DNA from: a virus | Direction: 5' to 3' (one strand) | Virus record (IMG/VR): IMGVR_UViG_3300035670_000060 | Location: 32,001-96,000 of that record | Length of the DNA: 64,000 nucleotides | Shown: positions 9,801-21,057 of the stretch, in pieces | Position numbering within the stretch: the first letter of the stretch is position 1 | Layout: every line of letters begins with the position of its first letter | Position numbers and translations under genes: made by a program | Notes under the pieces: model-generated | What the model was told of the DNA's origin: nothing | Seen by the model: the letters and a program-made list of their open reading frames with translations, nothing else | The model's database searches: none

Positions 9801-10917
9801 ATAATCTTCTAAACTTGAACGTATAAAGCACTGCTCCGGAAGTGTTGATAGTGCCAGATATTTGAAGTTTCAAATCATCACTATCAGATGTTTCGGTGCG
9901 TTGAACTCTTAAGAATAGAACACCAGAACCTGGACCTCGCCCTGCACGATGCAAAACGATTTCATCAAAGATTGTTGAATCTGTATCCGAAGAAAACCAT
10001 GACATAAGTCCAGAGTAATATTCGTTATAATGTTCTCCACCAACTAAGTTGTCGTTTGCAAAAACTTGAACAACATATGTTCCAGTCGGTAAAGATGTTG
10101 ATTTAATAGCTGTGTCTTGCCAGGAATCAGTAATTTGTAAACTCACGCTTGTTTCATAATATTGATCAATATTTGTTCCTTGTGTCATTACAAGGCCGCT
10201 ATGCTGAACTGTATTAAAAGTTACATCAGATGTAACTTTTAACGGTTGACTCAATCTCACTTGACTTGTATTTCCACTAGGAATTACATTTAAACCGTCA
10301 TCAATATTGAATTGAATTTTGCCTACGTTTGATATTGTATTTGAAGTGGCGCTCGTATTATTGACATTTTCAACTTCAATTTTTAAATCTAATGTTTCGC
10401 CAGGAACTAAATTTATACCAGTGTCTAAAAGCGATTCTACATAGTTATAGTCTATAATACCGCCTGTTGTATTGCTTGTAAAAATATTACCATTACTTGT
10501 TACAATAAGTGCAGTAGGATTAGGATTAGATATAGTTGAGTTAGGAACAATTCCTATAACTCCGCTATTTGAATTTGTTGAAAATGTTGAACCGCCGAGA
10601 TTTATTGTATTACCACTTAAAAATAAATCTTTAAATCTGTAAGAACTGGAACCAATGTTATAAACTGAATCAACTGTCGGTATAATATTACCCGACATAT
10701 TTAAATCTGTAACATTAATTGTATTTGCTGTAAGTACATCTACATTAGCTGTTGTAAATGTTACATTCGCTGAAACACCTACTGTAATACCACCAACTGT
10801 ACTTCCATCACCAATAAAAACTGTTTTAGTGTCGGTTGAATAGATGAGTTCGCCTTCAGCCGGAGTTATCGACAATCTTTCAGCATTCGTTCCTCTTCTA
10901 AGTTTAAGACCAGACAT
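9796..10917 (-). CDS. Fibre protein with major-tropism-determinant N-terminal (Mtd_N/hyaluronidase-N-like) domain
   Basis: N-terminus LKLRRGTNAERLSITPAEGELIYSTDTKTVFIGDGSTVGG; YNIGSSSYRFKDLFLSG shaft motif. Confidence 0.7.
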   Translation of the reverse strand: MSGLKLRRGTNAERLSITPAEGELIYSTDTKTVFIGDGSTVGGITVGVSANVTFTTANVDVLTANTINVTDLNMSGNIIPTVDSVYNIGSSSYRFKDLFLSGNTINLGGSTFSTNSNSGVIGIVPNSTISNPNPTALIVTSNGNIFTSNTTGGIIDYNYVESLLDTGINLVPGETLDLKIEVENVNNTSATSNTISNVGKIQFNIDDGLNVIPSGNTSQVRLSQPLKVTSDVTFNTVQHSGLVMTQGTNIDQYYETSVSLQITDSWQDTAIKSTSLPTGTYVVQVFANDNLVGGEHYNEYYSGLMSWFSSDTDSTIFDEIVLHRAGRGPGSGVLFLRVQRTETSDSDDLKLQISGTINTSGAVLYTFKFRRLL

Positions 10918-10925
10918 ATATATCC

Positions 10926-13379
10926 TTATACAAAAGAACCAAAATCAACTGTAAGACCGGCTGTAGGTGAAGTAAAAGATCCAAAATCAAGTTCAATGAT
11001 TGCGTTATTGGAAGGTGTTATGCTATTTATCGAATCAAATCTTATTGATTGATTTATACTATTCGCTGTAATTGTTATACCAGTACCAGCTAAAAAATTT
11101 ACTGTGTCTAAACCAACAGCAGTCAATCCTGGATTTGAATTTACATTCCAATATTTAAATGAAGTAATTGTATTTGCGTAATCATAAGCTGCTTGTGCTA
11201 AACTGTTTGCAGTGTTTGCTGTATCATATATGCTATTTGCATCAGTTCTTAGCAAATATTGTGGATGATCATCGTCCGTAAGGCCCGTAAGTAAACCATG
11301 ATCACTCAAAGTTGCTGGTAAAGTTGTTATAGAATTAAAACTTCTTAAATCCCAAACAGAAACTAATCTTGCATTGACGCTGTTTATATAACTTGTTTTG
11401 CATTCGTAAACAAGTTTGTATAACGGACGCATTTCAACAACAGGAAATCCCGTAAGAATCAAATCTGAGAATTGAATTCCTTCAGCATCACCTATGTTAG
11501 ACCTTTGATCTTGACCAATAATACCTATAACAGGATAATTGATGTTGTTTGTTGCAACAATAAAAGTTACACCAAATTTATTGTTATCAATGTCTACGGT
11601 AGACCATGTACCACCGCTGAATTGATTATATTGTGGTCTTGCAGATCCTTGTTTAATTGGAAAGTTAGTTGGTGTATCAATCACCCAAGCATCATTGCTT
11701 AAATAAAACATTGGAATTCTTGCGGGGCCTTGCAAGTCTTGTTCCCATGTATTTGCTGTCGGTGTGTTTGAATGCGTGATATCAACTTGCAAATCTTCAT
11801 CAAAAAACGTACCATCCTGAATATCAATTTGAAGGTGTGTATCAAGAGAACCATCGCCATTAACTATATAATTTGTAGCACCAAAACCATTTGCAATCGC
11901 TGCACCTCTTGTACGATGCAAATATTCGTGCGTCTGCCAATCTAAAGTAATGCCGTGACGTTCATCTGCAACAAACGGCGCTGTTTGTGTATTTTGATTC
12001 CAATACACATAAGCAACCATACAATCATCATCCCAATCAAAAAATGTTGTTCTATATTGAAGAACACCACTAGGATCAAAATAAATGTAATAAAGACCTG
12101 TTGTATTTGGTATAGTGACGGATCTGCTATTTGTAATCTGTCTTTTGATACCTTTAGTGTAAATGTAATATGATGCACTAACTGGTGATATAGTAAATGT
12201 CCTTGATACATCATTAAATGATATAGCGGAATCTGTTCTTTCAACAATTCCCATTGGCTCTTTTGTATCAGCAAAAATTGCATTGATTGTATCAAGGAAT
12301 GGTGAAGAAATTGTTAGTGTGTCAGTGCTCGCATCAGTAGTAATAACAATATTATTGCCAGCAGCAATAGTTAATGTATCAGTATTTGAATCAGCAACTA
12401 TATCATCTTGTCCTGTTACTGATATTGTTTTAAATAAAATAATTGTATTAGCATAATCATATGCCGCTTGAGCTAAAGAATTTGCGTTGTTGGCTTGGTC
12501 ATATGCTGAATTTGATGTATTCCAAATTTGATATACTGTAGTATTAACTGCATATCCAGTTAAATCAACATCAAATGTTAAAGAGTCTGCTACCGTGTCT
12601 GTTGTTATAATTAAATTATTACCAGATACAACACTCAATGTAGCGTTTGTAGAATTCGCTGTAACTAAATCGGTATTGTTTACTAAAACATTTCTAAAAG
12701 CTGGACCACCTTCTCCTGTGCCAGTTTGTTGTATAAAAGTAAATTTTTTAGTTGCGTTGTTATAAGAAAGAACATAACCTTCTTGAATACTATCACGGTC
12801 AACATCATCTAGCCAACGAAAATTAACTTCACCACCACCAGAACTACCGCCTACAATATTTTTAGATATTATAGCATTGACTTTATTTTTGTATTGAACA
12901 ACATCTTTGAGAACTAATGATTTAAAGTTTTTAAAATCTTTTTCAAATTCTTTGGTATCAGCATCTCTGCCAGAATCACCTTTATCACCTTTTTCGCCTT
13001 TATCTCCCTTTTCACCTTTTGGACCTTGAATTCCAGGAAGACCTTTGTCTCCTTTAGGACCACGTGAACCTGTCTCACCTTTCTTACCTTGCGGACCCTG
13101 GATACCTTGAGGACCTTGCTCGCCAGTATCACCTTTTTCACCAGAAAATCCACGTGGACCAATTTCGCCTCTATCACCTTTTAAAACACGAACGAGTCCT
13201 TCCTGATCAGTAGGATCTTTTATTGCACCTGATTCAACAATTGTTTTTGCGTATTCTTCTAAAGATTCTAGTCGTTTTAAAAGTTTATCAACTTCTTTTT
13301 TTGTATATGCTATAGAAGTTGCTATAGATAACGCTTCATCAATTGCTTTTACATGAAGATTACTTTTCTCCTCGCTCAT
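10926..13379 (-). CDS. Collagen-like (Gly-X-Y) fibre protein
   Basis: [17 protein letters not shown]...GDKGDSGRD stretch; duplicated [15 protein letters not shown]; overlaps the portal gene end. Confidence 0.8.
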   Translation of the reverse strand: MSEEKSNLHVKAIDEALSIATSIAYTKKEVDKLLKRLESLEEYAKTIVESGAIKDPTDQEGLVRVLKGDRGEIGPRGFSGEKGDTGEQGPQGIQGPQGKKGETGSRGPKGDKGLPGIQGPKGEKGDKGEKGDKGDSGRDADTKEFEKDFKNFKSLVLKDVVQYKNKVNAIISKNIVGGSSGGGEVNFRWLDDVDRDSIQEGYVLSYNNATKKFTFIQQTGTGEGGPAFRNVLVNNTDLVTANSTNATLSVVSGNNLIITTDTVADSLTFDVDLTGYAVNTTVYQIWNTSNSAYDQANNANSLAQAAYDYANTIILFKTISVTGQDDIVADSNTDTLTIAAGNNIVITTDASTDTLTISSPFLDTINAIFADTKEPMGIVERTDSAISFNDVSRTFTISPVSASYYIYTKGIKRQITNSRSVTIPNTTGLYYIYFDPSGVLQYRTTFFDWDDDCMVAYVYWNQNTQTAPFVADERHGITLDWQTHEYLHRTRGAAIANGFGATNYIVNGDGSLDTHLQIDIQDGTFFDEDLQVDITHSNTPTANTWEQDLQGPARIPMFYLSNDAWVIDTPTNFPIKQGSARPQYNQFSGGTWSTVDIDNNKFGVTFIVATNNINYPVIGIIGQDQRSNIGDAEGIQFSDLILTGFPVVEMRPLYKLVYECKTSYINSVNARLVSVWDLRSFNSITTLPATLSDHGLLTGLTDDDHPQYLLRTDANSIYDTANTANSLAQAAYDYANTITSFKYWNVNSNPGLTAVGLDTVNFLAGTGITITANSINQSIRFDSINSITPSNNAIIELDFGSFTSPTAGLTVDFGSFV

Positions 13380-15018
13380 TTCTTGTCTCTTCTGTTAATG
13401 TATCAAAAAATCTAGTCATAGATTTTGCTAAATCTTTTTGGTCACTATCATCAAATTTTCTAGATTCTAGATTTTCTTTTTTTACACTCACAACGACTTC
13501 TTGAGGAGGTGGCGGTGAAGGTGGTGGAGGTTGAACTGGCTCCATCGGTTCATCTTCCATATTTGCTTTATCTTCTTCCATTTCTTTGTCCATATCTTTG
13601 ATTTCATCTTCAGATTGACGAAGAATGTTCTTACGAATATAAGCAACGGAAAAATATTTACCTACATACGGATCAATTTCACCGAGCAGTCCAAGTCTAT
13701 CTTTCATAATTTCAGATTGTTTCAGTTCTACAAAATAAGAATCAGAAATGAAATCATAATTGATTTCTTCTTTGAGTTGAAGCCATTCTGCCCTTGTGCA
13801 TATACCCTTAAGAAGTAATTGTGTTTCTAAAAGTTTATCAAATAAATGTGTAAAACGCAAGCGCAGTCTTGAAACAAATTTTGAAAACTTGATTTCATCT
13901 CTAGAGATTTCACTTGCACGACCTAAAGAGAAACCTTGATCCGATTCTAATCTTGAAATTGGTACGTTCAATGATTTATAAAGTTTCTTTTGAAAGTATA
14001 GAACGTCTTCAATCTCACCTAGATTTTGACCAGCAGGAAGCGTTGTAATTTCTGTACCTTTACCACCTTCTCTACGTGGCAACCAGAAATCTTCAAGCAT
14101 TGTTTGAAATCTTCTATCATCACGAATTTCACCAGTTTGTGCATCATAGACAAGTTTGTTCTTGTATTTTTGCATAATCTCACGGAGATATTGCTCTGCT
14201 TTTATTTTAGGTAAATTACCGACATCGATATAAAAAATTCTTCGTTCAGGTGCTCTTGAGATTCTGTAAATGACTGTAGCATCTTCAAGCATTCTTAACT
14301 GATTCAGTGGCTTGATTGCCTTATGTAGATGTGATATAACAACTTTACCATCTTTATCAAACTGACCGCAATGAACATAGCAAATGGAATCTGCTGCTAT
14401 CTTAAGACCTTGTGCACCATCTTTTGCAAAACCTTTGTCTGAAAAAATATAATACTCATTTGGTTTAGTATAAATTTGTGCAATACCAGTTGTATCTTTC
14501 TTCTTTACTGACTCACGGACTTTGCGAATCTTTCTTGGATCAATGTAACGAATCTCACGAAGACCTGAGCGTGGAGATTTTTCATCAATAATCATGTGAT
14601 AGTATAATCGTCCATCAATGTACCAGCGTCGAAAAATGTCATAGCCCATATTATTGAAATCAAGAAGTTTCATAATGTGTGTATATTCATCACGAATTTT
14701 CTTTTTGATTGATTCTGGCTGTTTAAGTTCGTCCAGTACAATTTCAACAGGATACTTATGTTCTTCGTATACAATCGCTTCGTTAACTATATCATCAATC
14801 GCTAAATCACACTCTGGCTGCATAGCCATTTCACGATACTTATTGATGAGTTCAGAGTCGGAACGTATTTGACCTTCTAAGTCAACATATGTACCATAGA
14901 TTCCGCCTGCTGATATTGCAACAGCACCATCATCTTCCGCTTTAGGCACAAATGATTGTACTTGTGATTGTTCTGGCTCATCTTTTCCAATTTTAAAACC
15001 AAATAAACGAATTGCCAT
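13360..15018 (-). CDS. gp20: Portal vertex protein
   Basis: [64 protein letters not shown]. Confidence 0.97.
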   Translation of the reverse strand: MAIRLFGFKIGKDEPEQSQVQSFVPKAEDDGAVAISAGGIYGTYVDLEGQIRSDSELINKYREMAMQPECDLAIDDIVNEAIVYEEHKYPVEIVLDELKQPESIKKKIRDEYTHIMKLLDFNNMGYDIFRRWYIDGRLYYHMIIDEKSPRSGLREIRYIDPRKIRKVRESVKKKDTTGIAQIYTKPNEYYIFSDKGFAKDGAQGLKIAADSICYVHCGQFDKDGKVVISHLHKAIKPLNQLRMLEDATVIYRISRAPERRIFYIDVGNLPKIKAEQYLREIMQKYKNKLVYDAQTGEIRDDRRFQTMLEDFWLPRREGGKGTEITTLPAGQNLGEIEDVLYFQKKLYKSLNVPISRLESDQGFSLGRASEISRDEIKFSKFVSRLRLRFTHLFDKLLETQLLLKGICTRAEWLQLKEEINYDFISDSYFVELKQSEIMKDRLGLLGEIDPYVGKYFSVAYIRKNILRQSEDEIKDMDKEMEEDKANMEDEPMEPVQPPPPSPPPPQEVVVSVKKENLESRKFDDSDQKDLAKSMTRFFDTLTEETRNERGEK

Positions 15019-15035
15019 TTAAGTCTCTCTTTAAA

Positions 15036-15060
15036 ATGAAAAGGGGCGTAATAGCCCCTC
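15036..15060 (-). terminator. Intrinsic terminator after the tail tube genes
   Basis: Minus strand GAGGGGC-TATTAC-GCCCCTT followed by TTCATTTT. Confidence 0.65.
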
Positions 15061-15114
15061 TTGTGAATAACTATTACGCAACTATTTATTCGTTGCGAAA
15101 AGTTTCTTATAACA

Positions 15115-15711
15115 TCATACCGATGCCGCTGAATTTACTTCAGTTTCATCTGAAATTGAACCATTACTTACAGCCGTCAATGAATGATACTGGAATGTAA
15201 CTGTAAATTCAGAAATTGTATCAGATGAATCATAAGATAAATCAATAGCGCCAATATCCGTAGGAAAACATTCAAATAATTGATATGATCTGGAAACTGT
15301 ATTATCTTGTTTTAAATGATCAACTCTTAAATCAACCATATAATCAAAACCAGATGATCCTGTTGGTCTAATTGCTTCATTATCATAGTTATTTAATTTG
15401 ATGTAGCTTACCCATTGATTGAATAATCCTCTAAGTGTATGAGCATCGTCAGAAATAAATGTTGCTGTCCAGTCTGCAAACGTTCTATCTCCAGGAACTT
15501 TAATTCTTCTACCACCACGATAAGGAACTTCAATAACACCTAATGTGAATGCTGGTATCGCTGCTGATTTACATAGATATTTTGCTCTATTGGCCGCTGA
15601 TATAATATTTACACCAACACTTGAAGGCCATAAAAAAGTAATTTCAAATAGATTTGGTCTAGCACCAATTCCTAACTGTTCTTTTAAATTTGAAATCGTC
15701 GATAGTGCCAT
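15115..15711 (-). CDS. gp19: Tail tube protein, paralog 2
   Basis: GARPNLFEI, GRRIKVPGDRTFADWT, FPTDIGAIDLSYDSSDTISEFTVTFQY. Confidence 0.9.
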   Translation of the reverse strand: MALSTISNLKEQLGIGARPNLFEITFLWPSSVGVNIISAANRAKYLCKSAAIPAFTLGVIEVPYRGGRRIKVPGDRTFADWTATFISDDAHTLRGLFNQWVSYIKLNNYDNEAIRPTGSSGFDYMVDLRVDHLKQDNTVSRSYQLFECFPTDIGAIDLSYDSSDTISEFTVTFQYHSLTAVSNGSISDETEVNSAASV

Positions 15712-15726
15712 TTTATTTTCCTTTTA

Positions 15727-16284
15727 TTATAAATTTATATTAGCTTCATCGCCTACGAGATAATAATCGTAAGACCAAGTAACTGTAAATTCTTCGACGG
15801 TATCTGTTGTATCAAAAGACAGATCAATAGATGATATATCGCTGGGCCAACAATTAATTAATTTATACTCAGCATTTGGCCCAACAGAATTACCATCGGC
15901 ATCTAATTGAAATATTTCAACGGTGCCTGAAACGAGAGTTCCTGTTCCAACTGTTCTATTGCCCACAGAAGGTAAATTGTAATTAGTTTTGGATATTGTT
16001 GATTGCCATTCCTCAAATCTTGATCGAATGTAAAAATTTTCGTCATTGAGTACCGTTGTTGTCCACTCAGCAAACTGTCTATCACCACCCATTTTTAATC
16101 TTCTACCACCTACCGTTGCAACTTCAATTAATCCAACGGTTGCTGATGGTAGAGATGCTGAACGGCAAACATATTCAAATCCAGTAAAAGTGAACGCTGC
16201 TGGTGGATTAACTTTGACAAGAAACAGGTTCGGACGTGAACCTGCTCCTAATGCCTCCCTAAACGCTTGAATTGTAAATGCCAT
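15727..16284 (-). CDS. gp19: Tail tube protein, paralog 1
   Basis: GSRPNLFLV, GRRLKMGGDRQFAEWT, WPSDISSIDLSFDTTDTVEEFTVTWSYDY; follows the sheath gene. Confidence 0.9.
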   Translation of the reverse strand: MAFTIQAFREALGAGSRPNLFLVKVNPPAAFTFTGFEYVCRSASLPSATVGLIEVATVGGRRLKMGGDRQFAEWTTTVLNDENFYIRSRFEEWQSTISKTNYNLPSVGNRTVGTGTLVSGTVEIFQLDADGNSVGPNAEYKLINCWPSDISSIDLSFDTTDTVEEFTVTWSYDYYLVGDEANINL

Positions 16285-16311
16285 ATTGTTTCTCCTTTAC
16301 TCTATTTCTAT

Positions 16312-18201
16312 TTAAGCGCCAATTTCAGCGAAAGCGGCTGCACCTCTAACAGAAACAAAGTTCAATTGAATGAAGTTGACTGATCCAATTGGTTGTACAA
16401 AGATATCAGCAACAAATCCATTTGAATTTACAATGTCTTCAGTGTTATTTGTTTCATTACATATAACTCTGAAATCAACAATACCACGTCTTGCTTGAAC
16501 ACTTCTTAGATATGGTGTTACAAGATTAACAAACGTTGATCTTGTTGTTGCATCATTTTGATCGAATAGAATACTTTCAGCAGTAGCAGTAATTGTTTTC
16601 TGAAGTTCAATAAACAATTTACGAACGTTAATTCGATTGAGTGATTGATTCTTTGTAATAAATGTTTTGTCACCATATAAAACTGTGCCACGACCAACTT
16701 TATTGAGTACAGCATTTACTGAGATTTTATATAGCGCATCTCTATCTGTTGGGCTTGGATTGTAAGCAAGTTTTACAACATTTGAAATAACGCCATTTGT
16801 TGTTCCTGCTGGTGAAAGCCAAGGATCTCTTGTACCATCGTTACGTGCAATAACTCCAGCAATATCTGGATTTAATGGAACATAAACGTATGTATCGTTA
16901 TATCTATCGTATTGATATTTCCAGCCTGTATCAGCAAAGCCGTATGTAGAACGTGTGATTCCACCAAACCATGTTTCAAGATTTGCAAGTGGACTTGGCA
17001 CGTTTACAACATATGATTTTGGTGGTGAGAACGTAACGATAGCATCTTTTCTGATTTCAGCAATGTCTGAAATTAAAGAATTAATAACGGTATTTGATGA
17101 CTGACCAGCAATTATAACGCTAACTTCAACAGATTCTTTACTTTCGAATTTATCGTAGCCTGAAAGTCTTTCTGTGTCGCCAATGTCTGTGCCATCTGCA
17201 CCGCCACTTAAACTAAAATTGATTGTATTTGAATTTCTACCAAATGCACCTGCATTGATAAGTGAAGTGCCCCATGCAGTAGCAGAATCAGGATTTGTAT
17301 TTGTTGAATCATGCCCTACCCAGTAAATATACTGTGAACGTGCGTTAATTACATCTTTATAATAATTTGTACCGCCGTCTGGTGAACGTGCATCAACACC
17401 TTTTGAAAGACCTTCGTATTTTTCTAAAACAAGACCAATTGTTCCTGTGATTGCAGCATCTTCATCAACAACTGCTACGTGAAGTTCATCATACAATGCA
17501 TTTGCTGAGGCTGCACTAGCTGAAGTACCTGGTGCTGCTGCGAATTCATCGTAATATTCCCAACGACGTTTTCCTGTTACGCCTGTTAATGTCACAGGAT
17601 ACGCTGAAGTGAGCGTGAAATGTGTAGTATTAGTAATCGAAGCAACTTTAATTGAACGACCTTCACATACGAAATAGTCTCCAACTCTCATTTCAGTGTT
17701 TGCTGCTGAACTTGTTCCTACAACTAAAGTGGATGCTGCTGTAGTGGCATAAGTTCCAGAAAGGTCGCTTTGCCAAGCATTTGCTGATGAACATACGGAA
17801 ACTTTAAGTGAATTGCCTAATGCGCCTGGATACTTAGCAATCCATAATCCATTATTAAATGATGTCGTATTATTATAATCGTCAATATTTTCAACAAGCG
17901 TGGCTGAGCCAGTAGACACTGCATTAAATGCTGTAGTGGTATTCGCTGCTCTAACTACATAGAGATTTCCAGTATAATTTAGAAAGTTACCGGCACAAAG
18001 AAAATCAACGATACAGTTTGAATTTGGCTTACCAAATTTTGTTGCCAATTCATTTTCACTTGTAATTTGAGTGACTTCGTTCACTGGACCCCAACGGAAT
18101 TGTCCCGTAAAGGCACCAGCAACAGTACCAGTAGATGGCGCTACGGAAGTAAAGTCTCTTTCAGTAACCTTTACTCCAGGTGAAACTAGACTGATTGCCA
18201 T
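16312..18201 (-). CDS. gp18: Tail sheath protein
   Basis: LVSPGVKVTERD, FRWGPV, AKYPGALGNSLKV, WKYQYDRYND, RINVRKLF. Confidence 0.96.
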   Translation of the reverse strand: MAISLVSPGVKVTERDFTSVAPSTGTVAGAFTGQFRWGPVNEVTQITSENELATKFGKPNSNCIVDFLCAGNFLNYTGNLYVVRAANTTTAFNAVSTGSATLVENIDDYNNTTSFNNGLWIAKYPGALGNSLKVSVCSSANAWQSDLSGTYATTAASTLVVGTSSAANTEMRVGDYFVCEGRSIKVASITNTTHFTLTSAYPVTLTGVTGKRRWEYYDEFAAAPGTSASAASANALYDELHVAVVDEDAAITGTIGLVLEKYEGLSKGVDARSPDGGTNYYKDVINARSQYIYWVGHDSTNTNPDSATAWGTSLINAGAFGRNSNTINFSLSGGADGTDIGDTERLSGYDKFESKESVEVSVIIAGQSSNTVINSLISDIAEIRKDAIVTFSPPKSYVVNVPSPLANLETWFGGITRSTYGFADTGWKYQYDRYNDTYVYVPLNPDIAGVIARNDGTRDPWLSPAGTTNGVISNVVKLAYNPSPTDRDALYKISVNAVLNKVGRGTVLYGDKTFITKNQSLNRINVRKLFIELQKTITATAESILFDQNDATTRSTFVNLVTPYLRSVQARRGIVDFRVICNETNNTEDIVNSNGFVADIFVQPIGSVNFIQLNFVSVRGAAAFAEIGA

Positions 18202-18250
18202 TTATATTCTCCTTGTTATAATGATATTCAATCTTGCGATTTGTTTATTT

Positions 18251-18258
18251 TATTTATA
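18251..18258 (-). promoter_or_regulatory. T4-type late promoter TATAAATA
   Basis: Exact consensus in the intergenic region upstream of gp18. Confidence 0.8.
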
Positions 18259-18270
18259 AAAAACGCAATT

Positions 18271-19914
18271 TTATAATCTGAAGAAGTCTTTTTCTCGCCT
18301 TTCCAAGTCTCTATCTATTTCCCAAAGTTGACCGGAACCATCAACAATTCTATCTTCATCGTGGCCATCATTAATAATTCCAAATGGAGTGACTTCATCC
18401 TCGATTGCTTTCATTCTTTGTTCGTACAATTCTTTTCTTATATTGGTATTTGTTAGTTCTTTAAAATATGGATTGGTTGTAAGCCAAGAAAAGAGCACCA
18501 GTGGCATGACTAAATCATCATGATAGCCTTCGTCTGCACTGTAACTATTTTTTCGTTCAATAAATGTTGAAATTTCCGCAATGGTATCCGCATCTTGAAT
18601 CAGCATTTTCTTGCCTTCAACAAGCGATTTAAAATTCATACAGCCAATCCGTTTGACTTTTTTATCTGTATTCACGCCCAATTGTGTCTTACCACCACCA
18701 AATCCACCCGAAACAACTTGACCCTGTGGTGTTCGATTGACGAATATAATGTTCTCATATTCATATTCACTATGTAGAATTTCTGCTACTTGCTCTGAAG
18801 TGTTGGTTTCAATGAGTACCCAAGCACTGTTATATTCTTTAGCAACTTTATAAATCATAGAAGGGTATAATAGTGGACTGATTGTATTGTCTCTGAATTT
18901 ACCAACTTGACGATAAGGCATTTCAGTTACATCAAGCACTGTAAATGCTGAATAGTCTCCACCGACACCTTTTGCAACATCGGCAACCAACACATAAGAA
19001 TGATCACGTTCTACTTTATCATAAACATCTAAACCATCTTTACTGTAAATTGGACTACCTGCTGACATCTGTGCTATAGAATCTGCATCAATTAATGTCA
19101 GACTTGATCCTAAGAATGCACAAAGAATCTCTTGGTTAAACTTAAGATTACCCAACTGTCTACGCTGTTCTTCAGCCCATTTCTCATCACGCCCAGGTAT
19201 CTTCCAGTATGGTATAAACAATGGTACAAAATCGTTTCTCTTCTTTTCAGCATCGTTCCAGAATTTCCAGAAGTGGTTGTATCCAAGAGGTGTAGAAGAT
19301 AGTAGAATTTTGGTTGTAGAACCAGCAGAAATGGTTGGTGAAACTGCTGTAAAGAATTCTTCTGCTATATTATTTGGTATAATTGCTGTTTCGTCAACAT
19401 ACAATAAATTAACAGACTTACCACGAATACCCTGGCGACTTGTTGCTGCTGTGAAAACAATCGATCCATTTTCAAGTGCAATGTCACCTTTGTTCCATGT
19501 CTTGACGCCTTGCTGCAACCATTGCGGAAGGTGTTCGTACATAAGTTGATAACGTGATAAAACTTCTCTTGCTGCTGTTGCTTTGTTTGCAAGGATTGCT
19601 ACAGTTTTGCTGCCCTGAAAAAGTGTGTACCAAAGAATATATGCAGCCGAAGTTGTAGTCTTTCCTTGCTGCCGTGGCTCCATCAGAATGACTTTCCGGT
19701 TGTTATGGATTATATCCAGTTTTTCTTTCTGACAATCGTAAAGATTGAACGGCTGCAAACCATAATCTAATGTTACAATTTTACAATATTTTTCAATAAA
19801 GTAAATGTAATCCTCTGAACACTTAATATATTCTTCGATGTTCTCTTTTGTAAACGGTACTGAAACACCCGCTGCTTTGAGGAGCGGATTTCCTAAATAA
19901 ATTTTCTTAGCCAT
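18271..19914 (-). CDS. gp17: Terminase large subunit
   Basis: YLGNPLLK, PRQQGKTT Walker A, LLYVDE Walker B, ADVAKGVGGDYS, GYHDDLVM. Confidence 0.97.
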   Translation of the reverse strand: MAKKIYLGNPLLKAAGVSVPFTKENIEEYIKCSEDYIYFIEKYCKIVTLDYGLQPFNLYDCQKEKLDIIHNNRKVILMEPRQQGKTTTSAAYILWYTLFQGSKTVAILANKATAAREVLSRYQLMYEHLPQWLQQGVKTWNKGDIALENGSIVFTAATSRQGIRGKSVNLLYVDETAIIPNNIAEEFFTAVSPTISAGSTTKILLSSTPLGYNHFWKFWNDAEKKRNDFVPLFIPYWKIPGRDEKWAEEQRRQLGNLKFNQEILCAFLGSSLTLIDADSIAQMSAGSPIYSKDGLDVYDKVERDHSYVLVADVAKGVGGDYSAFTVLDVTEMPYRQVGKFRDNTISPLLYPSMIYKVAKEYNSAWVLIETNTSEQVAEILHSEYEYENIIFVNRTPQGQVVSGGFGGGKTQLGVNTDKKVKRIGCMNFKSLVEGKKMLIQDADTIAEISTFIERKNSYSADEGYHDDLVMPLVLFSWLTTNPYFKELTNTNIRKELYEQRMKAIEDEVTPFGIINDGHDEDRIVDGSGQLWEIDRDLERREKDFFRL

Positions 19915-20314
19915 TACCTTTGAGCAATTTCTGTAACTCTGCTGTACTACCTACAAATAAAGCGTTGGTTACATGACTTGGTTGCTTGTCTTCTTCTTTG
20001 TGTTTGATTTCTTTGACTTTCTTAGAAAGTTCTAATAAATCTTTATTTGTTTCTGCTAATGTTTTGATAAGTTGACCGACAACTTCAAATGCTCTTGGAG
20101 ATTCTACGTCTTTGGCCAAATAAAGAGCATCTTCCATAGCCTCTTTACCACGTTCAATAAAATGGCGAAGATTGTCCCGAGCATATTCAAAATCATCGTC
20201 AATAGAATCATTCTGTTTTTCCATAATAGATGCGACAGGATATTCTTTAGGGCTATTTTCAATATAAGGTATATCCAATGCATCGCTTAATTTTTTGTCT
20301 ACGGGAGTTTTCAT
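19907..20314 (-). CDS. gp16: Terminase small subunit
   Basis: DDFEYARDNL, SPRAFEVVGQLIK, NALFVGSTAELQK. Confidence 0.93.
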   Translation of the reverse strand: MKTPVDKKLSDALDIPYIENSPKEYPVASIMEKQNDSIDDDFEYARDNLRHFIERGKEAMEDALYLAKDVESPRAFEVVGQLIKTLAETNKDLLELSKKVKEIKHKEEDKQPSHVTNALFVGSTAELQKLLKGNG

Positions 20315-21057
20315 GGTGTTGTCAATGTTGTTGAAAATCCAAAATCGGAGTTTGAAACTATGGATGTTGTACTTACGAGTGCTGGTTCTGTTACGCTTTT
20401 TGAATCATTCTTAATGTTAATTGTAGCATTACCGATATATCTATTTGTTGTAACTGGTCCAAATAAGTATCCTTTTACGACAAATGATAAGTCCCAACTA
20501 ATGATTCTGCGAGAATCAAAATCTCCTTCGTATGTATCTTCGGAAGAAATTGATAAAAGTTCTATAGGAATGTCCATATTCAGCGACAGACTTGGCAAAA
20601 CTTTCATCGTAACAGTGAAATCTGGTGCAAAAAATGGTATAATTTTTTCTATAATTTGCGTTCCGTCTTCAGCATTTCTTACCAACGCACTCAGTGTAAA
20701 ATTCATATCGTAAGGAACTGGAGAATATACGCTTGTAAAGTTTATTGCATCAGGATTTAAATTCTTTTTTATCTTAAATCCGGTGTTTAATTTTCTTGCT
20801 GGAGCATAAGTTATACCGTTCATTTCAAATCCTAATCGTGGAAGTTGTGTGCTAAATTGTTCTCTTCCGATTTGAGGATCAGTTGTAACTCTACGAATAA
20901 ATTTTTGTTTTGGTCCATATTCTATAGGAACATTCACGTTTTGTATGACGCTCCCATTTGAATCATATCGCTCAACTTGAATTTCATTGAAGATATTTCC
21001 AAACATTATAATATATCGACGTAGCGTGCCGTGATAGAAATCATGACCGAATATCAT
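20311..21057 (-). CDS. gp15: Tail sheath stabilizer / tail completion protein
   Basis: FYHGTLRRYIIMFGNIFN, VPIEYGPKQK, LPRLGFE, QIIEKIIPFF; synteny. Confidence 0.92.
   Translation of the reverse strand: MIFGHDFYHGTLRRYIIMFGNIFNEIQVERYDSNGSVIQNVNVPIEYGPKQKFIRRVTTDPQIGREQFSTQLPRLGFEMNGITYAPARKLNTGFKIKKNLNPDAINFTSVYSPVPYDMNFTLSALVRNAEDGTQIIEKIIPFFAPDFTVTMKVLPSLSLNMDIPIELLSISSEDTYEGDFDSRRIISWDLSFVVKGYLFGPVTTNRYIGNATINIKNDSKSVTEPALVSTTSIVSNSDFGFSTTLTTP

Noticed and set aside
9796-10917. Diversity-generating retroelement suggested by the Mtd_N domain and repeat variability
   Set aside because: No reverse transcriptase in the window and no template/variable pair differing only at adenines; the 101-bp repeat has no mismatches
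18271-19914. Intron, intein or homing endonuclease in terminase or other core genes
   Set aside because: Genes are continuous and of normal length, with no such motifs seen
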